Part shown: positions 8,688 to 19,786 of the stretch, in pieces
How the letters are laid out: every line of letters starts with the position of its first letter
Numbering within the stretch: the stretch's first letter is position 1
Origin: Catajapyx aquilonaris
Taxonomy: Eukaryota
Assembly: GCA_000934665.2 (NCBI GenBank)
Contig: JYFJ02002621.1
Coordinates: 49,727-69,726, forward strand
Direction: 5' to 3'
DNA: 20,000 nt
Position numbers and translations under genes: made by a program
Notes under the pieces: generated by a model
Databases searched by the model: none
What the model saw: the letters and a program-made list of their open reading frames with translations, nothing else
What the model was told of the DNA's origin: nothing

Positions 8688-10302
8688 TATATCTTGATAC
8701 CTACTCGTCTCAACGGGCATTTCAATCCACCAGTCCTCGTACTATGACGTTGCTATTAAAAATCAGGTTCTTGCCAGCGTGTTTTAACTAACTGGTTTCA
8801 TATGAATATGCAGGAAAGGGCCCGATTTGACAACTGGCCTTTACTTTATAGAAGTTGGGCAAGCCATGCAAGATGATCAGGTCGTCCACCCACATTATTT
8901 ATGAAAACCCCAGGTATTCAACATGTATGTATGTATGGGTTGGGAGGGGGTAGATAATTATATTTCAATGGCTCAAGTATATCTCTCAAGTAGTGGTATT
9001 AATTTTGCGAATATTCTCGTTCGGTTCTCGCGTGACAAAGTTGGATAGGCCTGAATGAATAATTTGTTCATATACAGGAATATTTCCGTGCATGTTTCGA
9101 TGGGCTTCCAGTGTAATCTAATCGAGCTCTAATAATGACGATCACGTCGACATAAAGATGTGCTGTTTCCTGCACTTCAGACATCATCACGAAAGCGATA
9201 AGCATTTATTGGAAGTCGTCTCTTGTGGAGTAGGCCTATGTATTTGCAAAATCGTCAGTTCATCAATCGTTTTTTTTTCCTTCTTCAAAAGTTAACATTA
9301 ATGAAGTGTCATTGTATTTTTGCTTTAAAAGTGCAACATGTCAGCACCCTACTGAAATATTACAATCAGTTATGTTGATAATTACATCGGCGCATGTGTT
9401 TCGAAATATGCAAATTAATGTGGACTGACGGAAATTCTCAATTTTCACATCCATTTTCCTGCTTATGTATCACATCGCGCGGGGCAAATTTATGACGTCA
9501 TTCACCATGCTCGTGACGTCAAGGCGCCAAACTGAACGTCCTACTGCCGCAACTTGACGTCATTGGATTCACGAACTTTTATAAATCAAATCGCATGAGT
9601 TGCATATTGATTTTGGTAAATATGCCAGTTTTGTCTCGTGTGTGATGACGTGCAAAATCAATATTAATTAGTTCCTTTATTTTCACATAATCAGGCTCAG
9701 TAGGAAATGTCAACGTCGGGTTATCTATCAGCACAATTTTACGAACCATTATTAGTATGTAGTGGTTCATCAGAAGGTTGTGAGAACTGCTCAAGGCCAA
9801 TGGGGTGCATGAGACATGCAAATTTTCTGGGTAAAAACACACCTGTCTTAGACATGAAAGGGAAGACTTGCATTAGGGGGCGCTTTGGAATGAATCAGCC
9901 TCTATAAGCAGAAAACAAAAATACTGCAAACATTATATGTACATCAACAAGTATGCATTTAAATTTGAAAATAATTCCTCCTTCATTATTATCAATACCA
10001 ACAATATGCTTCTACTCCAGCCTGAGTAATACAGTATACAGTACAAGGCTGGTAACCTTTCTAGGGGGAGTCCCCAGACCCTCTGTTGTCTCAGTTTCAT
10101 GAAAATTTCCCTACTCTGGTCTCTGGGTAATAAGGTTGGAAAAAAGGAAATGCTTGGTCGAGTTTGTGACCTCCTGAGAAATAGGCTTATGCCTAATCCA
10201 CCAGAGTGCTCTAGTATGCCCTGCTAACAAATCATATTACATCACCTAGCATTACACTTAACACTGTTATCAGGGGGTACTGATAAATTTATTATTTTTC
10301 AG

Positions 10303-10479
10303 GCTTTTTCAAAGCAGAAACGGACAGAAAACATTGTCTTCTCGCCTGCCAGTGTCAACTTGGCTACAGCCATGCTAGCTGAAGGGGCTAGGGGAAGAAC
10401 TGCTGAACAACTGCACTCCTTCTTGGAGCTCCAGAAGGACAGCCGGGACTATGGATACAAGAAAATGTCTGGTGTGTTG
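10303..10479 (+). CDS. Serpin 2 exon 3
   Basis: tttttcag acceptor; AFSKQKRTENIVFSPASVNLATAMLAEGARGRTAEQLHSFL...GVL|gtatgt, with the classic NIVFSP.S and GA.G.T motifs. Confidence 0.93.
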
Positions 10480-10544
10480 GTATGTATACAATTGGCATTA
10501 CTTGGCAGCATGGCACAAAACCATATAGATGTGTACCATTACAG

Positions 10545-10761
10545 AGATCACCAAGCAAGCACAACAAGATCAAGTCAGCCAATGCACTATTTGTAACTGC
10601 AGACATACCAATAGATGGTGTTTACAAGGACAGAACAGCCGATATATTTCAGTCTGAAATAAATAACATTGATTTTGGTGACACACAGCGAGCAGCCAAG
10701 AAAATTAATGACTGGGTAGCGCGCGTGACTGAAAATACTATTGAGCAGCTTGTTACGCCAC
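10545..10761 (+). CDS. Serpin 2 exon 4
   Basis: ttacag acceptor; RSPSKHNKIKSANALFV...IDFGDTQRAAKKINDWVARVTENTIEQLVTP-C|gtaagt, with the IN.WV...T...I motif. Confidence 0.93.
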
Positions 10762-11060
10762 GTAAGTTTCACATATAAGTGAGTTCCAAGTAGTTCTAGT
10801 TGTGTTGATGTTGATACCCAAGGTTGACTACAAGCATTGCATGAATAACACACTAATCAAGTATATATAAGGCCCCTCTCTGAGGAGGAGGATATAGGAT
10901 GATATAGGAGGAGGGTGGAAAAGATTTCGCACTTCCCGGCGTCTCAGATGTCTCAGAGTAACACCGTTGGATTCCTTGTCCCAGAATTACCAATGACAAA
11001 AATCCTCATAATTGCGAACAGCCGTTTTCGAGATAGCCAAAAGTCGATTTTTCGGCTATA

Positions 11061-11138
11061 ATATCAATATACTCGCTTTGCGAGGGGGGGGGGGNGGGGG
11101 GGGGGGGGGGGGGGCTCGCAAAGCGAGTATATTGATAT
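11061..11138. other. 24-bp inverted repeat flanking a poly-G run with an N (probable assembly gap or artefact)
   Basis: ATATCAATATACTCGCTTTGCGAG-(G)n N (G)n-CTCGCAAAGCGAGTATATTGATAT; the N is at 11095. Confidence 0.7.
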
Positions 11139-11228
11139 AGCTTCAAGTGTGATCTAAGAAATATTCTCCATGATATACTATAGCATTATATTAGCCAATC
11201 CAACTTAAGATGCTGTTTTGTATTTCAT

Positions 11229-11270
11229 ATCATCATCATCATCATTAATAATAATAATAATAATAATAAT
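11229..11270. repeat. (ATC)n(AAT)n compound microsatellite
   Basis: Direct reading. Confidence 0.85.
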
Positions 11271-12060
11271 ATGCAGGGTATTATTCTCCAGGAACTATTT
11301 CCTCCACTTAATACTAGTTTTAATGATAATCCATGTTCTGCATTTTAATAAACAGGAACAACACATTCTGAGAAAGTACAAAAAATTATAGGGTAAATTG
11401 TCACAATTTTAAATAATTGTGCTTTGTGAAATTTTCTTTGCCTAGTTTACTGTCAGACATTTCTAGACGCATGCCAACTGGATGTGTGGTGGGCAAATCA
11501 GTAGTAAGAAGTATTATCTTTATGATGTAGCTATGCCTTAACTGCATCTGTTGCCTGTGACAAAAAAAAAAATTGCACTTATCGACAAAAACTCTAATGC
11601 TTATTTTACATAATATCATACCCACAAAATTTCAGCTAATGGCTGCACTTAAGGTACTCGCTACTTGAAAAACAAAAGAGATAACATGCAACATCATAGC
11701 CAAATCAAGTGTACTTAACTTGATTGTTATTCTCTTTGCACAGTAAGAGTCCTTTCATACTGTATATTGAATGTAGTGCAGGTAATTCTCAAACATTAGT
11801 AATTTTCACACTGTGGGAAAAAAACATTTAAGGTAATTTGATATTCTTTAACAAAATTACTTAGTTGAGAATTTAGGGCCAGTTGTATGACTGCAAAATA
11901 ATGAGAATTTCTGATTTAGTATTGTGAATATACATGCATACAATTTGAGATTTTCCTCAATTTGTGTTCATACCAATCAAATTCACAACACATATTCTGA
12001 TATAATCATAGATTTCCTCCTTAGGACTTTCCCTTAATAAGCAAAATGTAAAATTTTCAG

Positions 12061-12272
12061 ATGCATTGTCTCCTGACACCCGAATGGTAATCAGCAATGC
12101 TGTATACTTCAAGGGGAAATGGAAACACCCATTTCCTCCTACATTCACAAAGCGAGATGTATTCACAACTGAGAAGGGGGAAGAGGCAGCCTACATGATG
12201 CGCATACAGGGCTATTTCTCTTACAAGAAATTTGACCCACTTGACTGTGCTATCTTGGAGTTGCCTTATGCT
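12061..12272 (+). CDS. Serpin 2 exon 5
   Basis: ttttcag acceptor, phase 1; (H)ALSPDTRMVISNAVYFKGKWKHPF...CAILELPYA|gtgaga, with the NAVYFKG.W and ELPY motifs. Confidence 0.95.
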
Positions 12273-12515
12273 GTGAGATTTGCTTGCTTTTCTTGCCATT
12301 CAGAGCATGGATTCTCGGGAGAGATGTTAATTTTATCTAGCTCCATTGTGCAAAAAGAGTAATTAAAAAGTCAATGAAAAAATCATAGCGTTTTCACACT
12401 TCACTACAGGAAATAATTATGTTTGATCTGTTAGATATAAATTTCCCGAGATTCCAGCCATAATTATTCCCTTGCCTTTTAACTAATATTCAAATGCTTG
12501 GAATTTGATTTGCAG

Positions 12516-12701
12516 GATGGGGAATATGTTATGAACATCATCCTCCCCAACGGAGTTGTCAATATGGCCCAATTTACAGAGAAACTGAGCAATTTCAATT
12601 TGGCAGAGTTGCTGTCTCGTGGAAAACTTACGGAAGTGGAAGTCACTTTGCCAAGATTTAACATAGAGATGGCACAAAGTCTCACTGGGATTTTCAAGCA
12701 G
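12516..12701 (+). CDS. Serpin 2 exon 6
   Basis: tttgcag acceptor; DGEYVMNIILPNG...VEVTLPRFNIEMAQSLTGIFKQ|gtaaat. Confidence 0.94.
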
Positions 12702-12793
12702 GTAAATACTCAGAATAAAGCCTCATTGCTTTAGAAGGAAACTGACAGGATAGGCAGAATTGTAGACATTGATCAATTATTCTCCTTTTTCAG

Positions 12794-13111
12794 ATGAACA
12801 TAAAGGATGTGTTTGGTGGCCAGTCTGACCTCTCTGGCATAAGTGGGCCAACTCACAGGTTGTCTGTGTCTGAGTTCTTCCATAAGGCTGTGATCCAAGT
12901 GTCTGAAGAAGGGACTGTGGCTGCTGCAGCTACTGGAGTTTACATCATTCCTTTAACAGGATTCCTGAGTCCCGACAGGTTCAGGGCTGAGCGTCCCTTC
13001 ATCTACTGCATCAGACACTATTCCAGTAACCTCCTTATCTTCATGGGCCAAGTTGCTAATCCTGGTCTAGTGGGATCTCCAGTTCCACAGGTATACTATT
13101 CTTATCATTAG
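12794..13111 (+). CDS. Serpin 2 terminal exon (hinge, single RCL with predicted P1-P1' Leu-Thr, C-terminus)
   Basis: cctttttcag acceptor; MNIKDVF...SEEGTVAAAATGVYIIPLTGFLSPDRFRAERPFIYCIRHYSSNLLIFMGQVANP...*. The spliced CDS totals 1266 nt (421 aa plus stop). Confidence 0.93.
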   Translation: MNIKDVFGGQSDLSGISGPTHRLSVSEFFHKAVIQVSEEGTVAAAATGVYIIPLTGFLSPDRFRAERPFIYCIRHYSSNLLIFMGQVANPGLVGSPVPQVYYSYH

Positions 13112-13135
13112 TATGAGGGTGAGTCAAATGAAAAA
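13112..13135 (+). mobile_element. Possible mariner-like terminal inverted repeat remnant directly after the serpin 2 stop codon
   Basis: TATGAGGGTGAGTCAAATGAAAA resembles TA-CGAGGGT mariner termini from recall. No convincing partner TIR. Confidence 0.35.
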
Positions 13136-13490
13136 GCAAAGTTGGTTGCCAATGTATGAAATTTGTCATCGTTACAATCACTATTGCCCAGCACCATACA
13201 TAGGTCAGCCAAGGCCCCACTGCAAGTTAGGCTGCACATCCCTTTTCTTGCCCTGACCCCATTCCAATCATAAGGAATGATAATTATGTACACAAAGTAA
13301 AACTTTTCCTCACCATTGCATTGGTGCATCATAATGTCAAACAAAGCCCATTAAATGCTTAGTCGGTGAACTTTTAATTCTCAAAGGTTGTCATTGAGTC
13401 TTTCCATATATGCAATGCCGTGGCCTGCGCATTTTCGATGCTAATAGTAGCAAGGGAAGACAGCCTGTCTTGACCCATTCTGCATCTTAA

Positions 13491-13770
13491 ACCCTTTGCT
13501 ACCAGCTATACCTCCATCGCCTAGATTTTCATTTCTGTTAAAGTTACATATACCAGTACTCTGAAGATAAAAATTATGACATTTTACCAATAATAACAGA
13601 TTTATGCTATGTATGTGTTTGGAACCATTTTCTTCATTTAAAGTCCCTAAATTAATTTCCGAAAGGATCGCCGCAGAGTATAGCTATACTGCCATCACCT
13701 AGATTTTAGCTTGCATGTACTCTGAAGAGAATTGCAAGCTATTTTACAAAATAATAACAGCTATATTCCC
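13491..13770 (+). mobile_element. piggyBac-like element end fragment (same family as 4510-4690), with an internal partial duplication
   Basis: TTAA then ACCCTTTGCTACCAG; homologous blocks to 4510-4690. The block agctata...ccatc.cctagatttt...gtactctgaaga...attttac.aa..aataacag occurs twice. Confidence 0.5.
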
Positions 13771-14330
13771 ATGACTTAAAGTTTTTTGATTTTTTGAGGT
13801 AGGCAGACATTTGTAGCATGAGCACACTTTGCTTTACAGTACTTCACTTTACAGTGTTTTGCTAATACACACTTTCAATTATATTCATTTTTATAATTTT
13901 CAGCCCTTGCATTGATCTTGCAGTGCATGTGCAATGTGCATATCAGCTGAGGATTATTTTTTTGTTTTCTACTTTGCATCATTTTTAAGGCTTAGCACTA
14001 TTTCACATGTAATGTCATTGTGATAGTATAAATGTATTTTAAGGCTCTCATACAGTATGCACTATCATGGGCAAAAAGTTCATGATTAGCTCTACAATGA
14101 TCACTTGATGGCATTGGTTTGAAACTGAACTTGCCATATTACCAAGAGCTCTTGATATTACCTAGGTATGCCTGCAGGTCCCATGACCTCCCACCTGCTT
14201 GATCTCCAGTTTGACATGTACTTGCTACCTGACTGGATTTTTTTCTCAGTTTTGCTAAAAACTCTATAAATGAAGCTAAACTTAAGTATCATTAAATTTT
14301 CATCATAATTCTCTACACTCTACAGCATCG

Positions 14331-14403
14331 AGGGTGAAAGGTCAGAAGGGCGTATGAACCAATGTTAACAAATGGATCATACGCCCTTCTGACCTTTCAC
14401 CCT
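14331..14403. repeat. Near-perfect palindrome / hairpin with a 27-bp perfect stem
   Basis: AGGGTGAAAGGTCAGAAGGGCGTATGA (14331-14357) is the exact reverse complement of 14377-14403; the centre is also self-complementary (TGTTAACA). Confidence 0.9.
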
Positions 14404-14455
14404 GGATATAGCCCAATGAAACAGGTTTACAGCTATTGATAGTAATTTCACTTGC

Positions 14456-14868
14456 ACTGAAGCAGTAGTGGTGTAGTGGATATGGTGTCCGACTGCTAAT
14501 CGGGAGGTCCTGGGTTCGAATCCCGGAGGCCCTGACCTTGGTTTTCTGTGGTTTTCCAAGGTCGCCCAGGAAGAATTTCCGGGATCGTACCGTAAAATAG
14601 GCCACAGCCGCTTCCTTCCTTTCCCTGTCCTGGAGGAGGTGCGGTGTCAGTCGGGGGTTTCTGACCCGCATCTAGGGGGGGGTCATCTATGGCGAACGGG
14701 CCCCCTGAGGGACTGCACACGACCCCCAACTTACCGACATTGCACATGCACCAGTGTCCCCCCCCCTCTCTATCCCTACCCTGTCCCCTGCACGATAGTG
14801 GTAATCCACTCCCCTAAGAGAGCCCATGGCTCTAGCACAGGGTATATCTATTTAAAAAAAAAAAAAAA
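14456..14868 (+). mobile_element. tRNA-derived SINE with poly-A tail (same family as 5331-5627)
   Basis: A-box TGGTGTAGTGG (14469-14479), B-box GGTTCGAATCC (14513-14523), shared core and shared 3' tail CCCCTAAGAG.GCCCATGGCTCTAGCAC.GGGTA, then a poly-A run ending at 14868. Confidence 0.9.
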
Positions 14869-14968
14869 TGCACTTGTACGGTCATTATGAAAAGTGGCAT
14901 CGGAAGGGTGACTGAGAAAAGGATAAATAAGGGCAGTAGTTCATTCATTAATTTCCTCGCATGATTTT

Positions 14969-15052
14969 GTAGCCAGTGATAACCAGGTGAACACAACACC
15001 TTGCCACCTCAGACAACCGATACATAAGAATCCTTTCGTGACTGGTCAGGTA
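14969..15052 (+). repeat. Dispersed repeat, diverged inverted copy of 18790-18871
   Basis: gtagccag...accaggt.aacac...ctca...actggtcaggtac aligns by eye with the reverse complement of 18790-18871. Confidence 0.55.
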
Positions 15053-15263
15053 CACCCGCGAGCATAAAGATGGAGACGGCAGCCCCTCACCTTCGGCAGG
15101 CTGCTCGGCCAATTTCAGCAATTGCTGTATCAAATATACTGTCATAAATACACGAACACACGCTTGAAGCAGCTAACTAAGTCCAAAAATAGTTCATTAA
15201 TTTGAGTCGGATAAAGAAAGGTCAAAAAAGGGCCTGCCGTCTCCATCTTTATGCTCGCGGGGG
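15053..15263. mobile_element. Tc1/mariner-type MITE (211 bp)
   Basis: TIRs of about 30 bp, CACCCGCGAGCATAAAGATGGAGACGGCAG / CTGCCGTCTCCATCTTTATGCTCGCGGGGG, flanked by TA on both sides (15051-52, 15264-65). Confidence 0.88.
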
Positions 15264-15755
15264 TACAAGCCGAGTTGACTTTCATTTTACTCACCATTGG
15301 ACCTATTTGGACCTATTTACAGAAGAGTTTAGAATGCTGTTGGTTAAGAATAGCCCTATGATACTCCTCGAATACGGTAGTGGAATATCTGTGTCCCATG
15401 GTTCGCTAACAAGCCATCTTGTTCAAGGTGCAACTCCTGTGATAGGTAGAGGGTAGTCTGCTGCGATTGGCTGGATCTTTCTTTCCTTCCGTAGACTTAC
15501 CACTTGAACCTCGAAAAAGATGGTGGATAGCGAACGATATGTAGAGCCACCAGCACCAAAATCTGGGCCTGGCGGAGACACAGGAATTAAACTACCGTAT
15601 CCATACAACTAGGGGGGAAGTAACAGGGGGCTGGTTAAGAATGTTCCAAGTTGATAATGCTCTTACAGACATGCTATTGTATGACACCTCGAGAGACCAA
15701 AAAAAAAAATCTCTCTCAGCCTTAGCCATGCAATTGTGACTTCAACACTTCATCT

Positions 15756-15979
15756 CAGTGCTTCCCAATTTCTTTCGCTGGCGACCCCAAAAAATCGTCT
15801 TGTAAAATTTGCGACCCCCTATATGTGCACATTTCGATCCGCCAGCATGAAAAGACAGGGAAATTACCTTACCTTCTGGTCATGATTTTCAAGAAAGATA
15901 GCATCATTTTGTGAAAATAATTTGTTACCCTCCCTCGCGACCCCAAACGGGGTCGTGACCCACAGTTTGGGAAGCACTG
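15756..15979. mobile_element. hAT (Charlie-like) MITE
   Basis: Perfect 13-bp TIR CAGTGCTTCCCAA / TTGGGAAGCACTG; 8-bp TSD CTTCATCT / CTTTATCT (7/8); repeated subterminal GCGACCCC motifs. Confidence 0.88.
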
Positions 15980-17465
15980 CTTTATCTGAATGCTCTTAGC
16001 TTGCTAGAAATGTCATTGTTTAAGTGGGCATAGATTTCCTTGCTATAAATTGCAAGTGCCTTTATTTCAAAATGGTTAATTTTTAAATGGAATATTCAGG
16101 TTTTCCTTCCATTTCAGACTAGAATAAGAAAGCCCATAGGAACACCTGTATGGCCTGTTGGCATCAGGACAGAAGTAGTGCAAGATCCCACGCCATGGAG
16201 AAGAAGTGGAAACAGCACAGATGGCATGTTTTTTCCTGGAGAAACACCTCTGGCTAGTTCACCAGTGCGCTCTTAAATACCACACATGCCCCTTACAAGA
16301 TGAGATTTGTGCCTCATATTTTTAAACTGCCTGTGCAAGTGGACCAATTATAAGGAATATTTTGAGCATCAAATCTGCTGACAAAAAGATCACCAGGATC
16401 TGCTGCAGTGGATGCACAACCTCCTCCCATCCTGGGAACCACTGTGGCCAGAGATTTTCACCTTATAAAAAAATAAGTGTCTGACCAACAACTACCCACA
16501 AGTAATAGTGAAAAGTTCCATGTCTCATGTGCAAATGCATCCATTGCAATGGGGTATTAGAAGCTACTTTTTACATCACAATGCTTACCCCACCAGATGT
16601 CGCCATACTTTCAAGCTAGCGACGGCAAAGCAATTGATTCATTTGAGCAAACAAGATTTTTAAATTGTTTTGAGATAAGTATACTATGTCATGTTTCAAT
16701 GTACAGGAATAGGCAAAATTAGAATTGAAGAAGTATTGCCATGGCTTCCTTTAACATCCTGCATTACGTATTTTACCAATTATGCCAATGGCAAACACTT
16801 CTTTCCTGGGGGGCTTAAAAGCACTTGGTATTTCACACAGTCATGTGCTTGCCTTTGTCCATTACTAAAAATATCACATCAGTTTGCAGTTCCATGGGGC
16901 TTGACAAGGCTAAGGTTAACAGCTTGTCATCCTTAACAACAGTGCCAGTCTACATGAGTGATCTAGAAAAAAAAACCTCTGGAGATTGTACTTAAGGACA
17001 AGTAAATTTTCAATACTCTGCTAATGTGTCCAGTGAAGCATGAAGACAACATGTTCCAAGTACACCCATATAGCAGTAAAATATATCATGACCTATTCCA
17101 TTTTTTAAAAAACCTAGTATTTACTTTCATTGGTCACTTTCAGCTTGGCAGTGACATGTAACCTTCACTTGTTTCAGACTAGGCAACTACAGTAATTTAT
17201 CTTTTAGGCCCAGAAACTCTGACCAACAAATCTTCTGCACTAAGAAACTGCAGATTGTTACTGGAAGAATTACTTAGTCAACACTGCTCTAGTAACTTGT
17301 TTAACTATGAATGAATGCATTACCAGGCTCAGCTCATTTCCTTCTCTCATCAACAAAAAGCCAACTTTCCTCATCTTACATAACCCCATTCTCATCCAAA
17401 CATATTTTCCAAGGCCTCTCCTCTTACCAACGATCAACTCCTAGCACACAGGAATTCAAGCCTAC

Positions 17466-18714
17466 CTTCATATGGTGTAATGTCCACCTCATCCAGCTGC
17501 TCTAGCGTCAAGTTACCCTTGTGTGGACAAATCTCTTTGATGGAAGTTGGCAGGTCTCTACATGCTTCATCAGCCAAAACAGCGCCCCACATCCTTGCTC
17601 GTATTGGTCTGTAGAGTTCCACTGAATCAGGCAGCTCTGAACCGAAGTCCTCCATGGTCACACCCAGGCAGAATGGGGCTCCACTCAGTATCCCATATGG
17701 ATCGACCATATCTTGCAGTCCACAGTGTCGCTTGCGAGCTTCAATAACGAGTGTGGAATATGCAGACATCACCGTAGGATCTTGTTCTACAGGATCAAGT
17801 CGATATGAAGTCAAGCTAGCCTGCATCAGGTCAACACAATCTTTTCCAAAGATATCCCATGTAATACGTGCCAGGGCGGAGTTGAGATCACCAGATCGTG
17901 CTTCTCGTGAAATATATGTGGCAAGTTTCCTGATTAATATGCGAATTGGTGGTCGGCGTTTCATATGGCATATGTTCTGATGAAATTGCATTAAGGTATT
18001 AACATCGATAATGTCATTGCCTAGTAATGTTGCCAACAGTGGAAGCTGGCTGACTTGCAACTGGAGCAAGTGAGCAAGAGCTTTTTGATCATATATGCAA
18101 GTGGAGAGTGTGTCCAGGTTGAGGTTGCGAATTGAGAAATAATGGCAACCTGTGTCAAAAATCACGTAGTCCGTGTCTTGCCCAAGGATTCCCAGGCATT
18201 TATTTTCTTTGGCAAACTGACTCAACACTTTGTCACATTCTTCAATAGTATTGTGCACTTCACAACCCAGCACATCCTTTAATATAATGCGGAACAGGGA
18301 ACCAAGTGATGGTGGAAGTTTATATAAATGTTCCAATTGGCTTTGGCTGCATCTCCTGTAGAGTATGTCAAAAATTGTTCGAACTTCGATTACTTCAGTT
18401 TGACGGCGCCGTATCCACTCAGGTTTTTTTTCTGTTGGAAGCAACCCATCACAAAAAAAAACAAGGTGGATACCAGCTTTTTCAAATGATGATAAAAAGT
18501 GTTTCACTTCCATGATAAACTCCTGAAGTTGACCACCCAATATCCAGTTTAGACGGCCATACAGTGGGCGGATGCAGCCCATAGTATCCACTGCAATAGT
18601 CGGCTTCTTACCATACTTCTGATAGTATTCCTGAGCCATGTCAGCAAGATTAACACCATAGCAAGCCTCAGGGCAGCATTGCTCTAGAAATGTCTGGAGT
18701 CCTTTAACTCCCAT
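17466..18714 (-). CDS. FAM120B: FAM120B-like (constitutive coactivator of PPAR-gamma family) PIN/FEN1-like-domain protein, large N-terminal coding exon
   Basis: MGVKGLQTFLEQCCP...PTIAVDTMGC...WILGGQ...GIHLVFFCDG...EWIRRR...CLGILGQDTDYVIFDT...LPLLATLLGNDII matches my recall of the FAM120B N-terminus. There is an acceptor at 18738-18740 (5'UTR intron) and a phase-1 donor GAA G|gtaggc at 17465. Confidence 0.88.
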
Positions 18715-18915
18715 TTTTTGATGTGTAGTTGGAAACTCTGAAAAATGAAAAACGGTCATGTTTATTACTGGGGGTTTATTATCCTGTGTGTGTACCTGAC
18801 CAGTTAACCAGAGAATTCATTGCATTGGTCATTTGAGATGACCAGGTGTTTTACCTGGTCAAGCTGGCTACCCTGTCAAGGGACAATGCCATGAATGAAT
18901 GAATGAATGTTTTAA

Positions 18916-19071
18916 CCCTGTAATGCCCCTTGGGTCATATCTGGCACACCATTTAGTGCAATTTGGCACACTTACAGAAAATATAAAAATTGCAAAAGTT
19001 GCAAAAATTGCACTAAATGGTGTGCCAGATATGACCCAGTGGGCATTACTTAGATTAGTGGCATTACAGGG
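18916..19071. mobile_element. piggyBac-type MITE (156 bp)
   Basis: TTAA|CCCTGTAATGCC...GGCATTACAGGG|TTAA, plus a near-perfect internal inverted repeat of about 45 bp (18920-18964 vs 19005-19049). Confidence 0.88.
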
Positions 19072-19786
19072 TTAAATAAATATATGTGACACAACAACAA
19101 ATCCTAATATTACTTGATCATTGTTTATGCTAGGAGAAAAGCAGGAATTTTTCTAAAAATTGGTTCTCATCCTGCATGTATCTGGGATCCTCATTCCAAA
19201 AGAAAACATTCCAGTTTTGTTTCAACAGTTTTAAAAAAATTAACATGGTGAGTACCGTACTATCCAATTTTTAAATATTGGCCCCCGTGTTTGACTCTAA
19301 ATAACTCCCAGAAAAATGGTCCAAAAAAATAATGTTATACATCTTTAGAAAGCTTGTTTAAATCTACGTAACATATATGCGAGTTGTTTACTTATCTTCA
19401 TTGTGTAATTTTTTTATCGCAAAAAGAAGGCTGAAAGGTGTCATTTTTTGACTAGTTGCCGACGTTACGCCGCAAAATGAATTTTTTCTGACACTTCTCG
19501 GAGGCCGAAAAATTCCCCCTCGTGAACCCTGGATAGTGCAAATCTTTGTCTATCTAATGATATATTTGAAACTTAGAAATCACCATTTGTGTAATCATAA
19601 TTAAGTTAATTGCACATCTCAGATATCTCGGCGGTTTATTATCCGAATTACTCGCGAATGTATCGACAACAAGCCAGAAATGTGCGTGATAAAATTACAC
19701 CCTGCTCTATTACACTGTAAATTTTAAAAGTTTTGGGTGGAATTTTCGTCGTAGGCCTACTACTAGTTACTTTTAACTTAGCAGTA

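Noticed and set aside
14456..14530. Functional tRNA gene
   Set aside because: A and B boxes are present, but the sequence continues into SINE core and tail without an acceptor stem or poly-T terminator.
16100..16461. Minus-strand phase-1 frames (GENLWPQWFPG..., GKNMPSVLFP...) as next FAM120B exons
   Set aside because: Both hit stop codons within about 45 codons and show no recognisable family motif.
18715..18759. N-terminal extension MTVFHFSEFPTTHQK of the 441-aa ORF
   Set aside because: It runs through an intron acceptor (tttcatttttcag); family members start at MGV.GL (18714).
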